From: Eledone cirrhosa
Taxonomy: Eukaryota
Direction: 5' to 3'
Length of the DNA: 64,000 nucleotides
Assembly (NCBI GenBank): GCA_964016885.1
Contig: OZ024744.1
Coordinates: 12,648,001 to 12,712,000 of the forward strand
Both the position numbers and the translations under genes were made by a program. Of this stretch, positions 1 to 8,768 are shown piece after piece. The notes beneath the pieces were generated by a model. That model did no database searches, was not told the origin of the DNA, and saw only the letters and a list, made by a program, of their open reading frames with translations. Position 1 is the stretch's first letter, and every line of letters begins with the position of its first letter.

Positions 1-247
1 AGTAACATGTAGTACTCTCTGGGTAAGGTCCCCAGTCACATGTAGCACTGTCTAGTCAGGGTCCCCGCAGTCACATGCTGGGCTGTCTTTCATTTTCCAT
101 CGATGGAGGTGATGAGCTGTCCTGTGTTGTGTGGATCCAATTAAGGAGACTGGACAGGTCACATATGGTGGCTAGACTGATCATTTAGTGAGGCTAGAGC
201 TGATATGTTCTTTTTTTTATTTTGGTTTTCTACATGAGGACGCCTTT

Positions 248-390
248 CATCACATCATCATCATCACCATTTAACGCCCATTTTTCCACGCTAACATGAT
301 TTAGACAAACTGGATCAAATGACTGTTTCTGACTTGGTTTTTATGGCTGGATGCCCTTTCTAATGCCAACCACATTTCAGTGTGGGTAGA
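248..390 (-). mobile_element. Old RTE 3'-end remnant
   Basis: (TCA)n followed by tttaacgcccatttttccacgct and ctggatgccctttctaatgccaaccacattt, as in the RTE 3'UTR. Confidence 0.7.
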
Positions 391-657
391 AGGGGGGTTG
401 GAGATTTAGGATGGGGTATTAGGACATGGGAGGAGAATCGAGGGGGGGGGGGATCGTACATACAAGATGTATACTTCAACCTGTGCACCTGGGAAGAGGA
501 TGTCTTCTGTATTACTACAAAACACCAAGACTTGGGGGGCCTTTTTATCACAACTTCGGTAGTACCAGCTAATAGGGTGAACCGGATGCTTTACATTGCG
601 TTCTATCGTAGAGGTAAAACGGAAAGGAAGGAAAGAACCAAAACGACAAATACTTAC

Positions 658-790
658 CACAAGCTTCTTGATATGAACTAGCTTGCATGAACAAAACATA
701 TAAGGGTTGTGGAAGATGTCGGGCAGCGCGATGTTTTTGTCTAATCTCATCAAATGGCATGTTGAGATATTCCTGAACGGGTTTTGTGGC
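658..790 (-). CDS. THOC5: THOC5 internal coding exon F; the gene continues to the left of the window
   Basis: 133 nt, ttttattcag| ... |gtaagta. Translates [44 protein letters not shown], the THOC5 motif PVQEYL.MPFD...ARHLP.PLYVLF.QA. Phase 0/1. Confidence 0.95.
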
Positions 791-896
791 CTGAATAAAA
801 TATTTTTTTAAATCTAAATAATTACAATCATGAAAAACCAAAAAAGTAAATGATAAAATAATTAAAAACAAAAATAAACAGATATGATACAATATT

Positions 897-3800
897 ATCA
901 TCATCATCAGGTTTAGCGTCCGTGTTCCACGCTTGCATGGGTTTGGACGGGGGTTTTCCCACTTGAGGTAAGAGTGGTTGTCTTGCTCGCATAGGACTGT
1001 CTGGCGGGTTTTCTACAGTTGGATGCCCTTCCTAACACCAACCACATTTACAGTGTGGTGCTGGGAGGTTTTTACCGTGTTGCCTACACGGCCACATTAC
1101 AGCGTGGACTGTCTGGCGGGTTTTCTACAGCTGGATGCCCTTCCTAACACCAACCACATTTACAGTGTGGGTCTGGGAGGTTTTTACCGTGTTGCCTACA
1201 CGGCCACATTTACAGCGTGGACTGTGTGTTTTTTGTCGTGACACCTACACGATCTCATTTGTTTCGGCCTGGATGTTGTGGGACCAACATAACTTTACAT
1301 TGAAAGGGGCGGTGTGGATGGGGTGGAGGTGGTGGGACGGGGGGGGGGGGGGGTTAATAGAGATGCCTACTGACTATAGTAGGTTTTTACTTTGTATTTA
1401 GGTAAGGCGGGTCTTCTCTATTACTGAGTACCGCCAAAGGTCTCGGTCCAGTGACATTGTCTTGGAGAGGTGTAAGCGTGTGAGGTCGGAATTTATCAGC
1501 TCGTCCCATGTTTTTCTGGGTCTGCCTACTCCGTGGCTACCGTCTATCTTTATTGCCCTGCACTTTGTTATACAGCTGTCGTCTTTCATGCGCATCACGT
1601 GAGCGTACCAACGTAGCCTTCTCTCGAGTAAACAACATCTGATCCCTCTTATTTCTAATTTTTTCCTTAGTTCGTTTATGCTTTGCCGTTCACGTATATT
1701 ACTATTGCACATCCAGCGGAGCATGCAAGCTTCGTTCCTCTCTAGTCTGCGTATATCCTCTGCACACAATGCCCAGGTCTCACTGCCATGCAGCATTGCT
1801 GTTCGTATGCAGGCATCGTATAACCTGCCTTTCATTTTTAGGGAGAACCCTCTAGCGGCTAATAGTGGTATAAGCTCTCTGAACTTTTTCCATCCAGTTC
1901 TGACTCTAGCTACTGTACTTTCAAAGCACCCTCCCCCACTGCTGATTTTGTCACCCAGATAACGGAAGCTGTCCACTATTTCTATAGAACCCTCTGCGCA
2001 GTTGAAGGAGCTAGTATTTTGTGGGCACTTGCTGCTACTTATTGCACCAGAGCACCGGCCACATGTAAAATCTATGTTCTTAGTTAGCTTACCTGTGATC
2101 CCACTACATCTTTTATGCACCCATACTTTGCATTTGGGACATAAAATGGAGTTTCTACCTACGCCTTTCCTACACACTGAGCATGGCCATTTCCCAGATG
2201 GGACCGCCGCCTTATTTTCTTTCCTACAAACTAGAACTTTAGTCTTAGCCAGGTTAATTTTAAGGCCTTTTGATTCTAGGCCGTGCTTCCATGTTTGGAA
2301 TTTCTTCTCTAGTTCGGTCATTGATTCAGCTATGTGCGTTAGATCATCTGCGTATAGGAGTTCCCATGGGCAGCCGGTCTTGAACTCCTCTGTTATAGCC
2401 TGAAGGGCAATAATAAATAGCAGGGGGCTAAGAACAGAGCCCTGATGGACACCAACTTTTACGCTAAACTCTTCACTATATTCGTTGTTAATTCTAACCT
2501 TACTGACTGTTTCTTTATACATGGCTTGTATAGCTCTCACAAGCCATTCGTCAACACCTAGTTTTCTAAGAGACCACCAGATAATGGAACGGGGGACTCT
2601 GTCGAAGGCTTTCTCCAAGTCGACGAAAGCTAAGTATAGGGGTTTACTTTTAGCTAGGTACTTCTCCTGTAGTTGTCGTACAATGAAAAGAGCGTCTGTG
2701 GTACTTTTGCCTGACACAAACCCGAACTGCATTTCATCTAGATCAATTCTCTCTCTGATTAGTTGCGCTATTACTTTTTCCGTGACCTTCATGACCTGGT
2801 CAATTAATTTAATGCCTCTATAGTTACTCCTATCTAGGGCATCTCCTTTTCCCTTATAGCAGTTAACGATGATGCTGCTACGCCATTCCTTCGGAACAAC
2901 CCCATTCTGTACGACTTGGTTAACTATCCGGGTGACCATGGTGTGTCCCACCGAACCAGATGCCTTCAGCATCTCAGCAACTATTTCCGAAGGCCCAGCC
3001 GCCTTACCCGTCTTCATATCTTTGATTGCCTTACTTATTATACTACCTTCAACTAACACTGCTGGTCCCTCTATTGGATCGATCTGGGGGAGACTGTCTT
3101 TCTCCCATTTGTTCTCCTCATTTAGAAGCCTTTCGTAGTGACACTTCCAAGCTACCTTCTTATCAGCGTCGGTGATGGCAAGTATGCCATCATCGTTAAG
3201 TACACACTTCTCCCCGACAATATCACGGTTTTCCTTGACACATTGCCTGGCAATCCTGAACGCCTCACGTTTTTGGTCCTCACGTTGTAGAACATGCTTG
3301 AACTTTCTTTCCTCTGCTTCCCTTCTTGCGAAGTACACTTGTCTCCTAGCTTCCCTCCTGGCCACTTGATAGTCTTCTCTACTTCCCCCATCCCGCCATA
3401 CTTTCCAAGCCTGCTTTTTGGCCTTAATTGACTCCTCCACCTTACTGTTCCACCACCATGTTACTCTCCTCCTACCTACAGGCCTGCTCCAGCCACAGAC
3501 TTCGTCTGCCGCCGTCAGCAGGTTTGCTCTCAGGAATTCCCACTGTTCCTCTATATTATACGACTCTAATTGCTCTTCCTTACTGTCGAAAGCGTCAAGT
3601 AATATGCTTTGAAATTTATTTCTGGCTATGGGGTCCTTTGGCTTCCATATTTTTCTCCTGAGGATAGTCCTCTTCCGCTGTCTAGTACGTCTCGTCCTGA
3701 CTATGAGGTCGCTAATTATCAGTCTATGTTGGGAGGTGAATTCTTCATGGGGGTGGGATTTAGTGTTAACAACAGACACTCTGTCACGTCTTCTGGTAAG

Positions 3801-4433
3801 GATATAATCTACCTGGCTTGTGTGTTCCCCCGATCTATAGGTGATCAAGTGATTGTCTCGTTTTTTGAAGTTAGTGTTACAGATAGTTAAGTTATTTGCG
3901 TCGCAGAATTCCAGGATTCTGGAGCCTTCCTCATTTCTAGTACCGAACCCATAGCCTCCATGGATTCCGTCATAGCCGTCACAATGTTGTCCAACGTGAC
4001 CATTTAGGTCGCCTGCAATAACTATATAGTCACTGTCGGTTATTTGGGAGGTAGCGAGCATCAGTGTCTCGTAGAATCTGTCTTTTATAGTGCCGGGCAA
4101 TCCGGATTGGGGTGCGTACGCAGATATTACTGTCACCGTAGTTTTATTGAGGACAAGTCTTATTTTAATTATTTTGTCGTTCACTCTATTTACGTCTATT
4201 ATCTTATCTGCCCACTTTTCTGCTACCATGATTCCTACCCCACCCAACCCATTGTCATTTCCCACCCAGAAAAGCTTATAGCATCGTTCTTTATCCACGA
4301 TGAATCTAGCCGACCCTTCCCTCCACCTGGTCTCTTGAATACAACAAACATCGACCTCCTTACGTTCAAGCATTTCTACAACCTCGTTAGAGCGACCCTT
4401 TAAGGTGCCTACATTCATGGTACCAACTCTGAA
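897..4433 (-). mobile_element. RTE-clade non-LTR retrotransposon copy 1 (whole ORF, 5'UTR missing)
   Basis: (TGA)n tail at ~897-909, ~490-nt 3'UTR and a single APE-RT ORF. Similarity to copy 2 stops 15 nt upstream of the ATG. Confidence 0.95.
1398..4418 (-). CDS. RTE ORF: AP-endonuclease + reverse transcriptase with PHD-like finger, 1006 aa, uninterrupted
   Basis: APE motifs NVGTL, CIQETRW, SAYAPQ, GDLNGH, QVDYIL, SQHR. RT motifs YRGIKL, QFGF, FVDLEKAFD, GVHQGSVLSP, YADD, FRYLG. RTE-type C-terminus RRLRWY.HV..GRPRKTW. Confidence 0.95.
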   Translation of the reverse strand: MNVGTLKGRSNEVVEMLERKEVDVCCIQETRWREGSARFIVDKERCYKLFWVGNDNGLGGVGIMVAEKWADKIIDVNRVNDKIIKIRLVLNKTTVTVISAYAPQSGLPGTIKDRFYETLMLATSQITDSDYIVIAGDLNGHVGQHCDGYDGIHGGYGFGTRNEEGSRILEFCDANNLTICNTNFKKRDNHLITYRSGEHTSQVDYILTRRRDRVSVVNTKSHPHEEFTSQHRLIISDLIVRTRRTRQRKRTILRRKIWKPKDPIARNKFQSILLDAFDSKEEQLESYNIEEQWEFLRANLLTAADEVCGWSRPVGRRRVTWWWNSKVEESIKAKKQAWKVWRDGGSREDYQVARREARRQVYFARREAEERKFKHVLQREDQKREAFRIARQCVKENRDIVGEKCVLNDDGILAITDADKKVAWKCHYERLLNEENKWEKDSLPQIDPIEGPAVLVEGSIISKAIKDMKTGKAAGPSEIVAEMLKASGSVGHTMVTRIVNQVVQNGVVPKEWRSSIIVNCYKGKGDALDRSNYRGIKLIDQVMKVTEKVIAQLIRERIDLDEMQFGFVSGKSTTDALFIVRQLQEKYLAKSKPLYLAFVDLEKAFDRVPRSIIWWSLRKLGVDEWLVRAIQAMYKETVSKVRINNEYSEEFSVKVGVHQGSVLSPLLFIIALQAITEEFKTGCPWELLYADDLTHIAESMTELEKKFQTWKHGLESKGLKINLAKTKVLVCRKENKAAVPSGKWPCSVCRKGVGRNSILCPKCKVWVHKRCSGITGKLTKNIDFTCGRCSGAISSSKCPQNTSSFNCAEGSIEIVDSFRYLGDKISSGGGCFESTVARVRTGWKKFRELIPLLAARGFSLKMKGRLYDACIRTAMLHGSETWALCAEDIRRLERNEACMLRWMCNSNIRERQSINELRKKLEIRGIRCCLLERRLRWYAHVMRMKDDSCITKCRAIKIDGSHGVGRPRKTWDELINSDLTRLHLSKTMSLDRDLWRYSVIEKTRLT

Positions 4434-4550
4434 CTATATCAATATTGACTTCTCTACCGTAGCAATTATCCTACTTCATTGCAGGATCTTCATTGGTAGA
4501 TATTGCTGTGATATGGTACATCATCCACAATCATACTCGTGTGGTGTACA

Positions 4551-4690
4551 TTACAGGATCTACATTCATGAACATTATTCCAACATGTTACAGGATCTAC
4601 ATTCATGTATATTAATGTGGTGTGGATGTTATTCCAACATGTTACAGGATTCACATTCATGTGATGTAGATGTTATTCCAATAAACATGT
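4551..4690. repeat. Degenerate minisatellite
   Basis: ttacaggatctacattcatg and gttattccaacatgttacagg recur three times at 37-54-bp spacing. Confidence 0.7.
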
Positions 4691-4934
4691 TGCTTCATTT
4701 GGTATTATATTCAACCTATTACTGTTTACCCAGGTCACAAAGTCCCCTTTTTACTACCATGAAGAGAACTTTTTGACATACCGCTGCATTAATTAATAAA
4801 AAAAAAAATTATTTTTGTTTGTTTTCTAAAAATCAAAATAAAATAAAACAAAACAAATGAGATGGAATTTCAATAGTAAAATTTGTTTAGGAGGATGGGG
4901 AGGGAGGTATGGAGAAGAATAATATTTGTCTTAC

Positions 4935-5049
4935 CTGAAGAATGGAGTTTAATTTTGGCTGCATGCTATCGAGGTAGTCTTTGTTCTTAGTTATCTCCTT
5001 CAGCAGTTTTTCTCTTTTTTCTTGAGACTTTTTTAGCTCACCAGATAAC
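4935..5049 (-). CDS. THOC5: THOC5 internal coding exon E
   Basis: 115 nt, tatatcag| ... |gtaaga. Translates (E)LSGELKKSQEKREKLLKEITKNKDYLDSMQPKLNSILQ. Phase 2/0. Confidence 0.93.
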
Positions 5050-5126
5050 CTGATATAAAAAAACAAAAAAGGTGCCTATAGATAAGCCTGTTGCCCAAGG
5101 TGAGGTGTAGTGGGATTAAACCTACA

Positions 5127-5427
5127 ACTCCACATACATCAGAGGTAAACATCTTAAGCATACACAACATAATTGTTTCTACTTTTGGCACAAGGCCAGC
5201 AATTATCTCAGTGTATTACTGGTACTTTATTTTATAGACCCCGTAAGGATGAAAGGCAAAGTTAACCTCGGCGGCATTTGAACTCCGAGGTTAACTTTGC
5301 CTTTCATCCTTACGAGTCGATAAAATAAAGTACCAGTAATACACTGGGTATTTGCTGGCCTTGTGCCTAAAGTAGAAACAGTTATGTTGTGTATGCTTAA
5401 GATGTTTACCTCTGATGTATGTGGAGT
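5127..5427. repeat. Long inverted repeat (~145-bp arms, 13-nt loop) made of a SINE fragment plus flank
   Basis: 5127-5271 is the reverse complement of 5285-5427 with a few mismatches or indels. Loop is cggcatttgaact. Confidence 0.93.
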
Positions 5428-5751
5428 AATGCTTATGTATAATCATCCATTTATGACAGCTTTTAATGTTAGTAGAAAGGGTTAGATGGGTGGTCATGGT
5501 CCAGGTCAGTTCTTATTTGAATGAGTACTGAGTACAGAATACAGGAGAATGGGTACTGAGTATAGAGGAATGAGTAAATGTTTATTTTTCAGATCATCAA
5601 ATTTTAACACATACGAGAGGAAGATAGTCAAATACCATGACTTCATCATTCCCTTTTACTGGTCAACATGACATTTGACAGAATAATGTAAATGCTAAAG
5701 AGTTAAGGGAGTTTCTAGATGCTTATTAACAGGAAAGCTGGAAAGACTTAC

Positions 5752-5822
5752 TCTTTTCTTTGCTCTAATTCCCAATCCAAGCGTGCAAGTGTTTGCTGGT
5801 GTGAATCATTGTGGGTGAGTTT
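5752..5822 (-). CDS. THOC5: THOC5 internal coding exon D
   Basis: 71 nt, ttacag| ... |gtaagtc. Translates KLTHNDSHQQTLARLDWELEQRK(E), the THOC5 motif HQQTLARLDWELEQRK. Phase 0/2. Confidence 0.95.
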
Positions 5823-6027
5823 CTGTAATTATAAGAGAAGACAAATATTTAACATAGATAAAAATACATATATTAATCAAAGGACCCCCAATGTGGTTGT
5901 TCAACATGCCAGAAATAGCAGCCAATTATCACTGAAATTACACCATACCATTTTTAGAAATTAAAACATTTTATAATATAATCTAAGGAACATAATTAAG
6001 AAATCAATTTCTGCTGGTGCCATAGCT

Positions 6028-6118
6028 ACTGCCACCACGACCACCACCTCCACCATCACCTTGACCACCACCACCACCATCACACACACACACCACTGCC
6101 ACCACCACCATCACCACC
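6028..6118. repeat. Degenerate (CCA)n tract
   Basis: Directly visible in the sequence. Confidence 0.75.
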
Positions 6119-6573
6119 AATGGCCCTAACACTTTACAGAGGGAACTGGGTGCATTTTATGACGGCACCAGTGCTATCTTGATTCAATTTCTTGCTGAAT
6201 CTATTTCACTTACCACCCTTACTTCACTAACATTACAATCCATATTTCTCTCCCACATGAAAGATATCAGGAAAGTTTTTAAAATTTGAACATTTAATAT
6301 GCCTCCATTTTGTTTTCTAATAACAGTTTCCAACTGTAGAGGATTTTAACTAAATTAATGTAACAATGAACTATAACTGACTATGGTATCCATTTATAGA
6401 TAGAAGGATTGAGTTAAATATAGATAAATATCATTATGTAAAGTGTTGATAGAAGTAAAGAGACCTATCATTAAAACACCCAAGAAACTTCCAATGAGAT
6501 ACAACCTTGTAGGAGGTTAGCTACACCTAAAAAGCTTTGAGCTATAATATGACAGAACTGGGGTTCCAGTCAT

Positions 6574-6803
6574 TAATAATAATGATAATAATGAAATTAT
6601 TGTGTAAAGTGTTCAGGTGCACTACAACTCGTCAAAGGTGTATGTATAGTACATAGAATAATACACAAATGTCAGGGAAGTACATGTGTGTATGTGTTAG
6701 CTGTAGTGTTGGCGGGTCTCAGGAAGCATGGAAGCCTTAAAGGATGCAGTGTCTCGACAGCTAACAACTGATGCAGGTTGTTTGTTCCATGCTTCAGCAA
6801 CTA
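6574..6803 (-). mobile_element. CR1 3'-end fragment
   Basis: (AAT)n plus tgttcaggtgcactacaactc ... ttccatgcttcagcaact, the same family as 16262-16550. Confidence 0.8.
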
Positions 6804-7027
6804 AAAAACTAAGCAACTAAAACACCAAGAAACCTCCAATGAGATACAACCTTGTCAGAGATTAACTTACATAGGTGTGAGCTGTAACATCAACATGTAG
6901 AGGGCTGATAGAACTGAGGTACCCATCACTGAAGCCTCCTAAGAGATACAACCTTGTAGGCAACCAGCTAAATCTACATAGGTGTGATGTGACCAGATAA
7001 TAGATATTTTAGTCAGTTCTTTATTAA

Positions 7028-7258
7028 AATAATAATAATAATAATGAAAATATTGTGTACAGTGCTCAGGTGCACTACAACTCATCAAAAAGTGTATGTA
7101 TAGTACATAGGGTCATGTACAAACGTCAGGAAAATGAACAGTGCATGAGTCATGATATACACATGTGTGCATGTGTATGGAAGGGGTACATCAGGTGTAG
7201 TTTTGGCGAATTGCAGGAAGCATGAGGGTTTTAAAGGATGCAGTGTCTCGGCAGCTAG
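7028..7258 (-). mobile_element. CR1 3'-end fragment
   Basis: (AAT)n plus gtgctcaggtgcactacaactcatcaaa ... ggatgcagtgtctcggcagcta. Confidence 0.8.
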
Positions 7259-7399
7259 TGATAGATCTACAGCAGAGTGCATATCTGTGTAACTACGCTA
7301 GAATACAACAGGATCTGACACTCTACTGATTCTGTCATCCAGAGATAATGTAGGTGGTCTATGTGGATCATTCTGTTTGGACTGACAACTTCTTTAGTG

Positions 7400-7618
7400 C
7401 TGGTGTCATGATAAAATACACCTAGTACACTCTGTAAAGTGGTAGTGTTGGTACCACAATTAAAATGCACTCAATACTCAATGAAAGGTGGTTGGCATAA
7501 GGGCATCCAACCATAAAAGCCATGCTAAATACAGAATGTCTGACCGTAACAACCTGTCCAACCCATGCAACATGGAAAGTGGACACAAAAATTATGATGA
7601 TGATAATGATGATGATGT
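7400..7618 (+). mobile_element. Old RTE 3'-end remnant with two degenerate 48-bp units
   Basis: ggtgtcatgataaaatacacctagtacactctgtaaagtggt ... gggcatccaacc ... acccatgcaacatggaaagtggac, ending in (TGA)n. Confidence 0.75.
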
Positions 7619-7696
7619 AAATTATGTATTATGAATAATATCTTACTTCCTATTTAAAAAAAAAATAATTAAAAATAAATCTTTGATTAATCTTAC

Positions 7697-7772
7697 TGGT
7701 TTTGAAATTTCTTCTGGTGCATTTTCATAGAATTCTTCAACAGGTACCAATTCCACTTCTTCATCTTTGGAC
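7697..7772 (-). CDS. THOC5: THOC5 internal coding exon C
   Basis: 76 nt, tttttag| ... |gtaaga. Translates (K)SKDEEVELVPVEEFYENAPEEISKP. Phase 2/0 joins exon B in frame (AA+G = Lys). Confidence 0.94.
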
Positions 7773-7807
7773 CTAAAAAAACAAAACAAAAAAAAACCAA
7801 TAATCAT

Positions 7808-7925
7808 TTTATCTAACATTGGCACAGGGCCAGCAATTCGGTGAAAGGAAGAAGTCGATTATATCAACCCCACTTCTTGACTGGTACTTTATCTTATCAA
7901 CCTCGCTGGGATTTAAACTCAGAAC
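7808..7925. mobile_element. SINE fragment
   Basis: ggcacagggccagcaatt ... gactggtactttatcttatcaacctcgctgggatttaaactcagaac. Confidence 0.65.
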
Positions 7926-8768
7926 ATAAACAGTTGTAACTCAATGCTGCAAAGCATGTTGTCTCATGCATTGACAATTATAATAAAAAATAAAACAAAG
8001 AACAATGAGCTAAAATATATCAATTTTTTACCCTCCTGGGCCTCATGAACAGACTATATTTTTAGATTTGTTCCTGTGATCATTGGGGCTCTTGGATATG
8101 TTACTGCCTCAATACAAAGTTTGAGAAGCTAGGCTTCAGAGATGGAACTGTAAAAATATGTAAAACATCTCAGAAATTCAGCATGTAATAACTGTATATA
8201 CAGAAATGTAAAGACAGCACCACTACCTCCTTACAAAGTGGATTGGGTGCACATATACCTTACAGATCCACACATGAAATCCTTATCTGCACACACACAC
8301 ACAAAGTACCAAACAAAAGGTTGGGAGGATTCACTAGTTGTCACAGACAACTAGTGTTGGTAATGTCTCTCTCTCTGTCATCATCATCATCATCAACGTT
8401 TAACGTCCGTGTTCCACGCTTGCATGGGTTTGGACGGGGGTATTCCCACTTGAGGCAAGAGTGATTGTCTTGCTCGCATAGGACTGTCTGGCAGGTTTTC
8501 TACAGTTGGATGCCCTTCCTAACACCAACCACATTTACAGTGTGGGTCTGGGAGGTTTTTACCGTGTTGCCTACACGGCCACATTACAGCGTGGACTGTG
8601 TGTTTTTTTGTCGTGACACCTACACGATCTCATTTGTTTCGGCCTGGATGTTGTGGCACCAACATAACTTTACATAGGAGGGGGTGGTGTGGATGGGGGT
8701 GTGGGTGGTGGGACGGGGGTGTATTTTGTTAGAGATGCCTACTGACTGTAGTAGGTTTTACTATGTAT

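Noticed and set aside
1678-4403. Plus-strand ORFs repeated at equivalent positions in RTE copies 1, 2 and 4
   Set aside because: They are antisense shadows of the RT ORF and recur only because the copies are homologous.
890-4446. CAATATT on both sides of RTE copy 1 as a target-site duplication
   Set aside because: It is only 7 bp of AT-rich sequence and is offset by 6 nt from the 5' junction. Possible but not supportable without the empty allele.
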